From a bacterium (GTDB taxonomy: Bacteria > UBA8248), in the NCBI GenBank assembly GCA_965203325.1, contig OZ241875.1, positions 1,952,001 through 2,016,000 of the forward strand: a stretch of 64,000 nt of DNA. The letters are read 5' to 3'. Under the pieces are notes generated by a model that was given only the letters and a program-made list of their open reading frames with translations, ran no database searches and was not told where the DNA came from. The translations under genes were made by a program, and so were the position numbers. Within the stretch, counting starts at the first letter, position 1. Each line of letters starts with the position of its first letter. Shown here piece after piece: positions 40,859 to 50,210 of this stretch.

Positions 40859-43825
40859 TTAATTTCCGGTATTCAAGTCAAGCGCCCGCAGCCGGGCGTT
40901 CGCCCCGTCGGCGATCGTGATCCCGACCGTGGACGGCCTGCCCGGCGCCACGCCCGACGGCAGGTCCGGCTGGATCACCGCCACCTGGAAGCGCTCGTCG
41001 TCCGTGTCGTCGTCCTCGTGGGTCCTGATCGTGCCCGTCCCGCTCGTCGCGCCGGCGGCGATCGTGATGCTCCTGATGAACCCGTGGTCGGCCGTCTCCG
41101 ACGTGACGAACCTCACCCTGAGCGGGATCTCCACGTCGTTCGCCAGCGGCTCCGTCAGGGCCACCTGCAACTCCACCGGCGAGCCCTCGGCCACCGTTTC
41201 GCGCACCGCCCGCAGCGTCACCTCCGGCAAGTCGGTGAGGTCCTTGATCCTCACCACCACCGAGGCCGGGCTGCCCGCCCGCACCCCCGGCGGCAGGCTG
41301 GCCGTGTCCAGCGCCACCGTGAAGGTCTCGTCGTCGGCGTCGCTGTCCGGGTGCGTCGGGATATTGACGACGCCGCAGCTGGTCTGGAGCCAGCCGCTGA
41401 TGGCGATGGAGTACGCCGTGCTGATCGGCAGGCGGCCGTCCGTGTCGCCCGACAGCGACACCCCCCAGTCGCCGTCCTCCGAGCGGTTCGCCGAGGTCCC
41501 GTGGCTCAGCGTCACCGGAATGCGCGCGGTGCCCTGCGGCACCGCCGACAGGCACGCCTCCACGCTCGCCGACGCGCCCTCGTTCACCGGGTTCGGGCTG
41601 ACGGAGAGCTTCACCGTGGAGGAAGTGAGCGTCCCCAGGCTCACCGGCACGGATTGGCCGACGGTCCAGCTTGGGGGCGTTTCGCCCTGGTTGGAATAGG
41701 CCCAGCTCGCGATGACACCCTCGTAGCCCGGGCCCGTGGACAGAACGGCGTCTGCGATACGGAACCGGCTGTCGCCAACGTTCAGCACAAGGCCCCACTT
41801 GCGGTCCAGGGCCTTGTCCAGGTGGAAGAGGAGAAAGCCGCCGATGTTCGTGAGCCGGAGACCGAGGATCCTGAAACCGACCCCGCCGTATTTGAAGTCG
41901 GTGGGCGTGAACTGTCCGACACTCGGGGTGGCTCGAAAGCCCTTCCATTTCCCTCCGTCTCCGACCGTCATGGTGCCTAAGACGGCGGTCGTCACCTTCG
42001 CCGGGAGCGCCTGCCGCGTGACGGTGACCGTGTAGTCCTTGGTCGTCGTCGTGTCCTCGGCCGTCACCCGCACCGTGATCGCGTTCGCGCCCACACTGAG
42101 CGCGATGGGGCCGCTCGCCTGGCCGCTGGTCACCGTGTTGCCGGCCACCGTCACCGTCGCCTTGCCGGTGTCCGCCACCGTCGGCGTCAGCTTCACGTGC
42201 GTCCGGTCGTTCGCCACCGACGCCGTGTAGCTCGTCGTCGTCGCCCCGAAGGTGCCGATGCTGAAATTCGTGAACGTGCCGGTCGAACTCGTGGCGCTGC
42301 CCGCCGTCAGGCCGCTCAGGTTCGCGTTCGTGGACAGGGTCTGCGCCGCCCGCCGCGTGACGGTGACCGTGTAGTCCTTGGTCGTCGTCGTGTCCTCGGC
42401 CGTCACCCGCACCACAAGCGTGTTCGCGCCCACGTCCAGCGCGATCGCCGAACTCGCCGAGCCGCTCGTCACCGGCGTGAAACTGCCCGCATTCCCCTTG
42501 CGCACCCCCACCGTCGCCTTGCCGGTGTCCGCCACCGTCGGCGTCAGCTTCACATGCGTCTGGTCGTTCGCCACCGACGCCGTGTAGGTCGTCGTCGTCG
42601 CCCCGAAGGTGCCGATGCTGAAATCCGTGTATTGGCCGGTCGAACTCGTGCTGCTGCCCGCCGTCAGGCCGCTCAGGTTCGCGTTCGTGGAACGGGTGAC
42701 CTGCTGCGCGCAGGACGTGCCGATGCTGACCGTAACCGCAGTGCCGACGGTAAAGGCGAATTCGGAGGACCATTGGCCATTGGTAAAGCCGTTGATCAAG
42801 GTTAGCGCGTACGCGGTCGAGCCGACGCAGAATTTCAGCGCAGCCAGATCGGAATTCCCTGCGGCAGAGAGAGTCAGGTTGGAGCTGGAGGACGCACTGC
42901 TCTTCCAAATTTGCTCTATCGAGTATGACGTTCCGCCAATGGTAAACGGTCCGTCATCCGAAAGCGTGGCTGCGGTGGAGCACTTCTGTGACGAACCGCT
43001 ACGGGCATTTGAGCAACCTATCGCGGTGGCCGACAGAGTCTGCGGCGTCAGCGTGGCGGACCAGACGGGCGTGCTGGAGGTCTGCACCGCAGAGCCGTTG
43101 ACGCGGATGAGCAAGGACGTGGTCCGGGTACCCCAAGTCGCTCCCACCGGGTTTAGAGTATTGGAGGCAACAAGGGAGGTGTCGGCGATACTCCATCCCG
43201 TCGCCGCGCCGCTGTCCTCGTTATCGCTTGTCGTCGTGGACGGCCTGTCGCCAAAGCCAGCGCTGGGGCTATACAAAACCACGAAATAGGCGGTGCTTGC
43301 CGTGAGCGTCGTGCTGCTTGGAGCCGTGTAGGTCGCAATGCCGCCTGAGAGGCTCGATGGAGTCGTCAGGTCCGCCACCTTCATACTCGGGTTTCCGCCG
43401 CTGGCGGACCACAACTCTGCCGTTAACCCCGCAAGCTCTTGCGCGGTGTAGGTGCCGTGCAGATGTACCTCGATGCTTGTGAGCGTGTACCCGCCGGTGT
43501 TGCTCCCGGTGGTAAACGCCTGTGCGTGGCTGGAGAAGAAACTGCCGTTGTTTCCGCCTGCCGTCTGCCCAACGTTGCTCACCAGCACGGCGGCGGCGGC
43601 CGGAGCGGCGGCGAATGGGGAGAACGCCGCAAGCAACAGCGCGAGGACGGGAAGGAGACGGAAGCGGCGGGCGCGGGCGCGCCCGGTGCAGGCGTCAGGC
43701 CGTCTGGAGCCCGCCGATGTCGAGAGAGCCGGCTCGCGCGCCCCGGCCGGGCGCACTTCACGCCGCCGGGCCGCGCTGCAGAACGCCGCCGCGAGCAGCA
43801 TCGAAATCCGTGCTATGTTCTTCAT
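40859..43825 (-). CDS. Secreted Ser/Thr-rich adhesin-like protein with cadherin-like and Calx-beta-like repeats and no barrel
   Basis: Signal peptide; two cadherin-like repeats; two D.D.DDE.F.V Calx-like motifs. Confidence 0.8.
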   Translation of the reverse strand: MKNIARISMLLAAAFCSAARRREVRPAGAREPALSTSAGSRRPDACTGRARARRFRLLPVLALLLAAFSPFAAAPAAAAVLVSNVGQTAGGNNGSFFSSHAQAFTTGSNTGGYTLTSIEVHLHGTYTAQELAGLTAELWSASGGNPSMKVADLTTPSSLSGGIATYTAPSSTTLTASTAYFVVLYSPSAGFGDRPSTTTSDNEDSGAATGWSIADTSLVASNTLNPVGATWGTRTTSLLIRVNGSAVQTSSTPVWSATLTPQTLSATAIGCSNARSGSSQKCSTAATLSDDGPFTIGGTSYSIEQIWKSSASSSSNLTLSAAGNSDLAALKFCVGSTAYALTLINGFTNGQWSSEFAFTVGTAVTVSIGTSCAQQVTRSTNANLSGLTAGSSTSSTGQYTDFSIGTFGATTTTYTASVANDQTHVKLTPTVADTGKATVGVRKGNAGSFTPVTSGSASSAIALDVGANTLVVRVTAEDTTTTKDYTVTVTRRAAQTLSTNANLSGLTAGSATSSTGTFTNFSIGTFGATTTSYTASVANDRTHVKLTPTVADTGKATVTVAGNTVTSGQASGPIALSVGANAITVRVTAEDTTTTKDYTVTVTRQALPAKVTTAVLGTMTVGDGGKWKGFRATPSVGQFTPTDFKYGGVGFRILGLRLTNIGGFLLFHLDKALDRKWGLVLNVGDSRFRIADAVLSTGPGYEGVIASWAYSNQGETPPSWTVGQSVPVSLGTLTSSTVKLSVSPNPVNEGASASVEACLSAVPQGTARIPVTLSHGTSANRSEDGDWGVSLSGDTDGRLPISTAYSIAISGWLQTSCGVVNIPTHPDSDADDETFTVALDTASLPPGVRAGSPASVVVRIKDLTDLPEVTLRAVRETVAEGSPVELQVALTEPLANDVEIPLRVRFVTSETADHGFIRSITIAAGATSGTGTIRTHEDDDTDDERFQVAVIQPDLPSGVAPGRPSTVGITIADGANARLRALDLNTGN
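42015..42692. repeat. Tandem intragenic duplication of a cadherin-like domain
   Basis: ~42015-42332 and ~42354-42692 are nearly identical at DNA level (STNANLSGLTAGS...KDYTVTVTR). Confidence 0.85.
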
Positions 43826-43924
43826 TTGGAATGCCCCCTGTTCCGAGATTTCGGGTTCAAGCTGACGCAGCCGATCTTTCCGCGAGAGGCGGATTCCTGC
43901 GGTATGCGCCGCCTCGAACCCGGG

Positions 43925-44137
43925 CTGGTGTCCGCTAATTGCCGTTATCGGCCCCCAGAAGCCCCGTTTTCCGCCGAAAAACCCGATTCGGGGTGCATTC
44001 GGGCCGCAAATGAGCGAAACATGAGCGAAAAAAGGCGCAAAACGGCGCTCGAAACCCCTCCGGGAACCCCGGAATCGCGCTTGACATGGCCGTGAGAGGT
44101 GTTAAATTTTCTGATAACGGCAATTATCGGACTCCAG
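43925..44137. promoter_or_regulatory. Candidate invertible promoter segment
   Basis: Perfect inverted repeat TAATTGCCGTTATC (43936-43949) / GATAACGGCAATTA (44113-44126), enclosing TTGACA (44081) - 16 nt - TAAATT (44103) with a TGn extension. Confidence 0.65.
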
Positions 44138-44315
44138 AAACCCGCCGTTTCGCCGGTATTCCCCTGCGAAACGGCTTTTTTTATTGGAAATTCCCCGCCG
44201 TCGTCTATACTCGGCAATCGACGAGGCCCTGGAGCGGCCTCAGAGGATAGAAACGGCCGCCGACCCGGAAGGTTGGCTTCTCGGCATGACGACGGGGGCA
44301 AGACCATCCGACCCG

Positions 44316-44552
44316 ATGCAGGACATCGCTTTGACGAGGAGGCCGGCCCGACCGGCCCGTGCGGCCGCCGACCTGGCGAAGGCGTCGATGTCTGAGAACA
44401 CGCGGCGAGCGTACGAGACGGCGCTCAGGGGATTCGAGCGCTCGGGAAACCCGGAGACCGACGCCGGGATAGCGGCGTACCTGGGGGAACTCTACGAGGG
44501 GGGGCACTCGGCGGCCGTGGCCGCGATGGCGAGGCTGCGCTACGGGCAGTGA
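44316..44552 (+). pseudogene. Truncated Cre-like tyrosine recombinase (core-binding N-terminus only)
   Basis: ASMSENTRRAYETALRGFE...DAGIAAYLGELYEGGHSAA, then a stop; no catalytic domain. Confidence 0.65.
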
Positions 44553-44595
44553 GGTCCGCCGCGTGCAGGACGCCCGTCTACTCCCGAATATCTCC

Positions 44596-45315
44596 CTACC
44601 GCCTCTTCCTCCTCCGGGCGGCTCTCTCCTCGGACGTGGAGGTCCACCTCCGGGCGGAGGCCCACTTCTCGAGGTCTTCGAGCAGGTAGCGCACCCGGTA
44701 TCCGGTGCGAAGAAAATCCGGCCCCTCTCCGCTCACGCGGTAGCGCTCCAGCGTCTTGGGCGAGAGGCCGAGCCAGGCGGCCGCCTCCCGCGTGTCCAGG
44801 TGGTTCTCCTCCGCGCGCTCATCGACGCCTCCCGCGGCGCCGGGTTCCCCGGCGGCGTCCCACGTCCCGTCGAACGGGTCGGGCAAGTCCGCGAGCCTCT
44901 CGCGTATGGCGCGGATCTCCTCTCGGGTCGCGTTGGCCGCCATCCAGGCGCGCACCCGGTCGAAGGTCTTGAGATACGGCGAGGCGCCCCGGCGCAGCCG
45001 CCCCACGAAGGAGGGATTCCCCACGGTCTCCTCGCCCAGGATCGAGACCTTGGTCCCGCTCACCACGAGAAACGCCTCGACCTCGGCCACAAGGAGCGGT
45101 CCCAGGGGCGGGTACCCCATGAACGCGAGCACCCGGTCCGCCGTGTCGACCCGCAGGGGCCGCCCCCGGGCGTGCAGTCCCACGAAGCCGGGAATGCCCA
45201 GCGCACCCACCCCGAAGCGCCGCGCGCTCATCCCTCGGCGCGCGCGCCAGAGCGCAATGCTCCGGCGCATTCGCTCGTCCAGCGGGATGCCGGTATCGTC
45301 TTTGAACGCGGTCAT
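44596..45315 (-). CDS. Excisionase-like regulator: two repeated HTH-like domains plus C-terminal HTH_17/AlpA
   Basis: LDTREAAAWLGLSPKTLERYRVSGEGPDF..GYRVRYLLEDLEKW; duplicated ..G.P.FV.....G......T.DRV.A.M motif. Confidence 0.8.
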   Translation of the reverse strand: MTAFKDDTGIPLDERMRRSIALWRARRGMSARRFGVGALGIPGFVGLHARGRPLRVDTADRVLAFMGYPPLGPLLVAEVEAFLVVSGTKVSILGEETVGNPSFVGRLRRGASPYLKTFDRVRAWMAANATREEIRAIRERLADLPDPFDGTWDAAGEPGAAGGVDERAEENHLDTREAAAWLGLSPKTLERYRVSGEGPDFLRTGYRVRYLLEDLEKWASARRWTSTSEERAARRRKRR

Positions 45316-45895
45316 GGCGCGGGAACATAAGGAAAGTGCGAGCGCCCGTTCAATCGTTGTTTCTAGCGCGGAAGGTACACCCGGGAAGAGTCCGCGACCG
45401 CGTCCGTGCGCGGATCGCTCATCGGTTCAGCCTGAAATCACGGGTGTTTTCCAGAAAACGAGGGTCGCCGGAGAACGTGAAGCGAGGCGCTACGGAAAAA
45501 AAGGAAGGACGCCGCCTTCCGGGCGAGAGCTCTAAAGCCTCTTTCGTTCACGCCGCGGCGCCCTGTTTCGCGAGCCGTCCCTGCGAATGGCGCTCCGGCA
45601 TGACCGGCGATTGGCGGCGCCCGGCGAGTTGCATCTCGACCGGAGAAGCCCCTGCCATGGCAAGGCGCTGCGCGCTACCCGTCCGCAGGTCGAAACGGCG
45701 CCGATTCCCTTGTTTCATTCGTTTCTATCGTATCGTATGCTGATGTTCCGGGTCGTCCGCCAAATACAATACGGCCAAGCCGAAATAGGCGGACATTCCT
45801 TCGTGGATTGTATGCCAACGGCCCGGATTTTCCCGGTCCTGTCCGATTGACCGTTTTGCCTTACACGTCTTTCGATGATTGGTCGGGCATGGTGG

Positions 45896-46945
45896 TCACG
45901 CCGGTGTTTCCGTCAGATCGGACAATTCGCCTTTCTCGAAGGTTTTGGGAGCCCACCCCGGCAAGAAGGGCGTATCCATGTGGTCAAGTTGCAAGGCGTC
46001 GCGCATCCCCTGGGGGATGCCGGCAAGCCATTCGGGTATACCCGGCAGGGGCGATGGATCGGGGTCGTAGTAGAAGCGACCCATTTCGGGCATTCCGGTG
46101 TCAGGCCAATGGGCCTCGTCGCGCTTGAGCAGCTGCACCGACCAAGGCTCCCTGCAGGTTTCCACCAGGAAGACCTCGTCAGGCGCATTTGTGCACGTTG
46201 ATAGCAGCGAAGGAAGAAGGTCTTCGCGGAATTCGAAGCTCGTAAGGCCCGGATCACCGCTTTCCAAAACCAGAACGGTACGTGCACCATCCGCCTTGCA
46301 GGCCTGCAGCTTGGGGCATTTCCTGGAAAAGGTATGTCGGAGACTGTCCAAGCGCGGGCTTTCCGGATCGTCTGGAGGAATGAACCTGAACGAGAATGAT
46401 CCCGGCTTTTTTTGCACGAGCCGTGCAATCGGCCATTGCAGCAGTTCGAATTCACAGTCAAATCCCGGCGGGGTTCCATGGATACGATCATCGGACCAAT
46501 AAGGATCGCGGATTGATAAGATTTGGCCGGAGTTCCGCTCGCGCAGGGTTTTCTCGCTTGCGTGGATCCATTCGACAAGAGCACCAAGTGCTCGTTTTCT
46601 TTTGACTCGCCCTTTGGGCAGGGAAACGTCAATCGGATATTGCAGTTCGTAATAGGCAAAGCTTGAGAATGGCTCCGGGATGGCTTTTTTAATATGCTTG
46701 ATGATTTGGTTCGCGACGACCAAGGTCGCAATCTGATTTTCGATCGACTCGATCCGAGTGTGCTCAATCGCATATTCTCGGGAGCCGAGCTTCAGACGCA
46801 GATCGACGGGAGGAGTGTCTCCCTTCTTATCGGGATGACGGACATTCGAGCGCGTCTCGCGTGTCCATTTTTCGAGGGTCCTGACGACTGCATCGCATAC
46901 CCTCCCCTCGTTGTTCGGCACTACCATGACTGACGAATCCCTCAT
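45896..46945 (-). CDS. Hypothetical protein with PD-(D/E)xK-like motif
   Basis: PPVDLRLKLGSREYAIEHT; lower-GC cargo at the element end. Confidence 0.55.
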   Translation of the reverse strand: MRDSSVMVVPNNEGRVCDAVVRTLEKWTRETRSNVRHPDKKGDTPPVDLRLKLGSREYAIEHTRIESIENQIATLVVANQIIKHIKKAIPEPFSSFAYYELQYPIDVSLPKGRVKRKRALGALVEWIHASEKTLRERNSGQILSIRDPYWSDDRIHGTPPGFDCEFELLQWPIARLVQKKPGSFSFRFIPPDDPESPRLDSLRHTFSRKCPKLQACKADGARTVLVLESGDPGLTSFEFREDLLPSLLSTCTNAPDEVFLVETCREPWSVQLLKRDEAHWPDTGMPEMGRFYYDPDPSPLPGIPEWLAGIPQGMRDALQLDHMDTPFLPGWAPKTFEKGELSDLTETPA

Positions 46946-47373
46946 TTTCCCTGATTTACCGGTTCCCGCTCATGGGCCATATATTCTATCATGCCGCGTT
47001 TGTCTGCATCGACTCGCCAAGTGCGGTTATAATGTCGGTCACCGCATCTCTATGTCCTATGCTGGTGTCCATGTACGTCCACATACGGTCATCGATACGG
47101 GATCGGGAAAACGGTATTCGAACGGAAAACTTTCAAGCTCGCGTAATCGATTCGGACCGGTCCTTACATATCCATACGGGCCTGAGGCCCGACGACTCGC
47201 GCACGCCGGGATGCTCTGGAGTTGTAATGAACCCGCTTTCGTTTTGATTACGGGCCTGCCAGGGAAGATTCATGGCAACCTGTTAACTAAGCTTATTACA
47301 GCACCTTACAGGATAATCGAAAATGCCCGAAACTGCTCTTGTCTCTAAGACGAGCAAAACCGCAACACCTCTT

Positions 47374-47459
47374 GTAGGGACAGGTCGCGACCTGTCCCTA
47401 CGGGCCTCCCGGTTGGTTATATACGCCGAACCACGAAAAGGGGTCTTTTTCAACGACCC
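47374..47459. repeat. GTAG-type REP palindrome and closing arm of the split cassette
   Basis: GTAGGGACAGGTCGCGACCTGTCCCTAC (47374-47401); TTTTCAACGACCC (47447-47459). Confidence 0.8.
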
Positions 47460-47559
47460 GCGCTTGCGCCCTCATCGCGCACGCTTTTCCGCACGCGCCG
47501 TTTGATGGTATGAATGGCGCGTCTTCATCGTTCCATCATCTCTCCTCCCAGGAATCCGC

Positions 47560-48747
47560 ATGAGCACAGGCGCCAACATCCTCATCATCGCGTCGAGCCA
47601 CTCGGTGAACTCACTCTACAACCGGATCCTGACGCCCATTCTCCCGCTCATCATGGCGGATTTCGGCCTCAACTACGCGCAGACGGGCCTCATCGCCTCG
47701 GTCTACGCGCTATCGAGCAGCCTCTTTCAGTTGCCGATTTCCTTTCTGGGCGATTTCACGGGCAAAACCCGCCTCATCCTGGGGCTGTCTCTCCTGTTCA
47801 ACGCCCTGCCCGCCTGGTTCTACGGCTATTCGGATACCTACGCGGCCCTGCTCACCTTCGTCTTCCTGAGCGGTTTGGGCTGTTCGGCCTATCACCCGGC
47901 GGCGGTTTCGATGATCGCCGCAGAAAGCCCCAAAAACCGCGGCCTCGCCATGGGCCTTTTCAAGGCGGGGGGCGATTTCGGGAGCATCCTGACGCCGGTG
48001 GCCATGGGCTGGCTCACGGTCTATCTCGCGAGCTGGCGCTCAGCGGCGCAGTATTTCGTGCTGCCCGGCGTCGCGTGCGCGCTCCTCATCTGGCTGCGCT
48101 TTCAGGACGCGCCCAGCGAGCGCAAGTCGATGGCGAAAGAGGCCAGATCCACATTCAGCGAGTTGCTCGGCGACAAATTCATGATCCTGATGACGCTGCT
48201 CTCCTCCTGCCGGGTGATGGGTTTGCGAGGCATCATGACGTTCCTGCCGCTCCTGCTGGCCGAGGGGCTGGGGCTCGGCACCATCGAGGTGGGCTGGGCC
48301 ATCACGGGCTATTTCCTCGTCGGAACGGTCTTCGCCGTGATATGGGGGAAATACGCCGACCCGAAAAACGAGACGCGCATCATCCTCTTCATGATGGCGA
48401 CGAGCGCCGCCTCCCTCGCTTTCTTGTCGCAGGCCGAATCCGTGGTCATCTTCTTCGGTCTGCTCGCGCTTCTGGGCGCGTGCCTGAACCCCTCACAAAG
48501 CATCATGCTCACGCTCACCACCGGCGTGGTTCGCGAGAAAAACCGCACGAGCGCCATCGGATTGATGTATACGGCCAACGAGGCGGCGTCTGTGGCGTCG
48601 CCCTTCCTGGGAGGACTCATCGCCCAGGCGGTGGGCTTGAGGGAATCGTTTCTCTTCTACGCCCTGCTCTGCCTCGTCGCCACGAGCCTCGCCTGGCTGA
48701 TTCACGCGGAGCAGAAAAGGCGCGCGCGCGTGAGCACAGTCGCCTGA
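47560..48747 (+). CDS. MFS transporter
   Basis: 395 aa with about 12 hydrophobic segments; LGDFTGK, GLGCSAYHP, RGLAMG motifs. Confidence 0.9.
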   Translation: MSTGANILIIASSHSVNSLYNRILTPILPLIMADFGLNYAQTGLIASVYALSSSLFQLPISFLGDFTGKTRLILGLSLLFNALPAWFYGYSDTYAALLTFVFLSGLGCSAYHPAAVSMIAAESPKNRGLAMGLFKAGGDFGSILTPVAMGWLTVYLASWRSAAQYFVLPGVACALLIWLRFQDAPSERKSMAKEARSTFSELLGDKFMILMTLLSSCRVMGLRGIMTFLPLLLAEGLGLGTIEVGWAITGYFLVGTVFAVIWGKYADPKNETRIILFMMATSAASLAFLSQAESVVIFFGLLALLGACLNPSQSIMLTLTTGVVREKNRTSAIGLMYTANEAASVASPFLGGLIAQAVGLRESFLFYALLCLVATSLAWLIHAEQKRRARVSTVA

Positions 48748-48855
48748 AATCTTTACAGGGGAGCGCCGTTTTACTAGACTGGGCGAAACAGCCAATCACA
48801 TCATCCGGGCGTCTCTCCCGGAGAAGAGAAACTCACACGATAGGAGTCCAACGCA

Positions 48856-49764
48856 ATGAGTACGAAAAACACGCTCGACAGTCTGGAAGTGGTGCCGACC
48901 GGCGCCGCCCTGGGGGCCGAAATCAGGGGCGTCGACCTGGCCCAGCCCATGTCAGAAGAGGTGAAGCAGGCCCTGCGCGACGCCTGGACGGAGCACCTCG
49001 TCCTGTTGTTCCGGGATCAGGAGATGACCGAGGAGCAGCACCTCGACGCCACGCGCATCTTCGGCGAGGCCGTCGTGCCCGCCGCCAAGGCCTATTACGA
49101 CAAGGCCGGGAAAGAGCAGACATGGGCCGCCAAGTACGCCGAGATCACCGTCGTCCACAACCTGGATGATGACGGCAACCCCGTGCAGCAGAACGAGAGC
49201 CTGGGCAGCGGCGAGGTCGTCTGGCACAACGATAATTCCTACGCCGAAAAACCGCCTGCGGGCAGCATGCTCTATGGACGGAGGCTGCCGCCGTCGGGCG
49301 GGAACACGTGCTTCAGCAACCAGTACACGGCGTATGAGACCCTGCCCGAGGACGTGAAACAGAAAATCGAGGGCAAGACCGCCGTCCACGATGCGAGCCG
49401 GAACTCGGCCGGCACGCTCCGGCCCGGCGTCAAGCTGCCCACCAAGCCCTCGGAAGTTCCCGGTCCGCACCACCCCCTCGTATGCACGCACCCCGAATCC
49501 GGCAGGAAGGCGCTCTACCTGGGACGCAGGCGGGCCTATCCGTCGCAATACATCGACGACATGGAAGAGCAGGAGAGCGAGGCGCTTCTCGATTTCCTCT
49601 GGGATCACGCCTGCCGTGACGAACTCGTCTGGGCGCACGTCTGGCGGCTCGGCGACGTGCTGCTGTGGGACAACCGCTGCACCATGCACTACCGCGAGCC
49701 CCACGCGGGCACGCATCCGCGCCTCATGCACCGCACCCAGATCGCCGGCGCGCAGCCGGTGTAA
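48856..49764 (+). CDS. TauD/TfdA family Fe(II)/2-oxoglutarate dioxygenase
   Basis: LGAEIRGVDL, WHND (HxD), HPLVCTHPESGRKALY, WDNRCTMH, RLMHR. Confidence 0.93.
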   Translation: MSTKNTLDSLEVVPTGAALGAEIRGVDLAQPMSEEVKQALRDAWTEHLVLLFRDQEMTEEQHLDATRIFGEAVVPAAKAYYDKAGKEQTWAAKYAEITVVHNLDDDGNPVQQNESLGSGEVVWHNDNSYAEKPPAGSMLYGRRLPPSGGNTCFSNQYTAYETLPEDVKQKIEGKTAVHDASRNSAGTLRPGVKLPTKPSEVPGPHHPLVCTHPESGRKALYLGRRRAYPSQYIDDMEEQESEALLDFLWDHACRDELVWAHVWRLGDVLLWDNRCTMHYREPHAGTHPRLMHRTQIAGAQPV

Positions 49765-49840
49765 GGTTGCGGGAGACGAAATACATCCCACAGCCTCCCG
49801 GTAATCGGCCGGGAGACCGGTTATCCGATTAGAATCACTC

Positions 49841-49995
49841 GTAGGGACAGCCCCTCCTCGGGGCTGTCCCACAAGTCGCGACCTGTCCCTACCTTATTGC
49901 AGACTAGCAAGATAATTTTATCCTTACGCGACAGGACAATCCCGACGAGAAGGCATTGCCTTTCACTCCCATCTTGAGGGGGTTGTTGAAAAAGC
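49841..49995. repeat. GTAG-type REP palindromes with a GGTTGTTGAAAA arm
   Basis: GTAGGGACAGCCCC..GGGGCTGTCCC, GTCGCGACCTGTCCCTAC, GGGGGTTGTTGAAAAA. Confidence 0.7.
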
Positions 49996-50210
49996 CCCGG
50001 AATGGCGGCGTGTACCGGGGTTTCGTTCAAAACCCCGTTTGCACGGCGGGTGGAAATGTTTGTATAGTAATGTTAACTGTATAATCAGCTGGATTGTATA
50101 CAGTATACTTTATTGATGGCGGTTTTCCTCCGCGAATCGCGGATGGGGTAACACGCTGATAATCAAAGTATTTCTGGAGCCGATTCATCATCTTGCGCTT
50201 GGAGACGCCC

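Larger units (their letters stand above)
5462..47358. mobile_element. Integrative mobilizable element (tyrosine integrases, TraD, MOBF relaxase, oriT, excisionase-like HTH, cargo)
   Basis: Direct repeat GACGAGCAAA at 5462-5471 and 47349-47358; integrases at the left end; HTH_17 protein near the right end; housekeeping or metabolic genes on both flanks. Confidence 0.75.

Noticed and set aside
40845..40861. Nonsense or frameshift break of a single autotransporter gene
   Set aside because: The downstream ORF has its own RBS-like sequence and complete signal peptide homologous to the upstream leader.
42015..42692. DGR template/variable repeat pair
   Set aside because: No reverse transcriptase in the window, differences are not adenine-specific, and both copies are in-frame domains.
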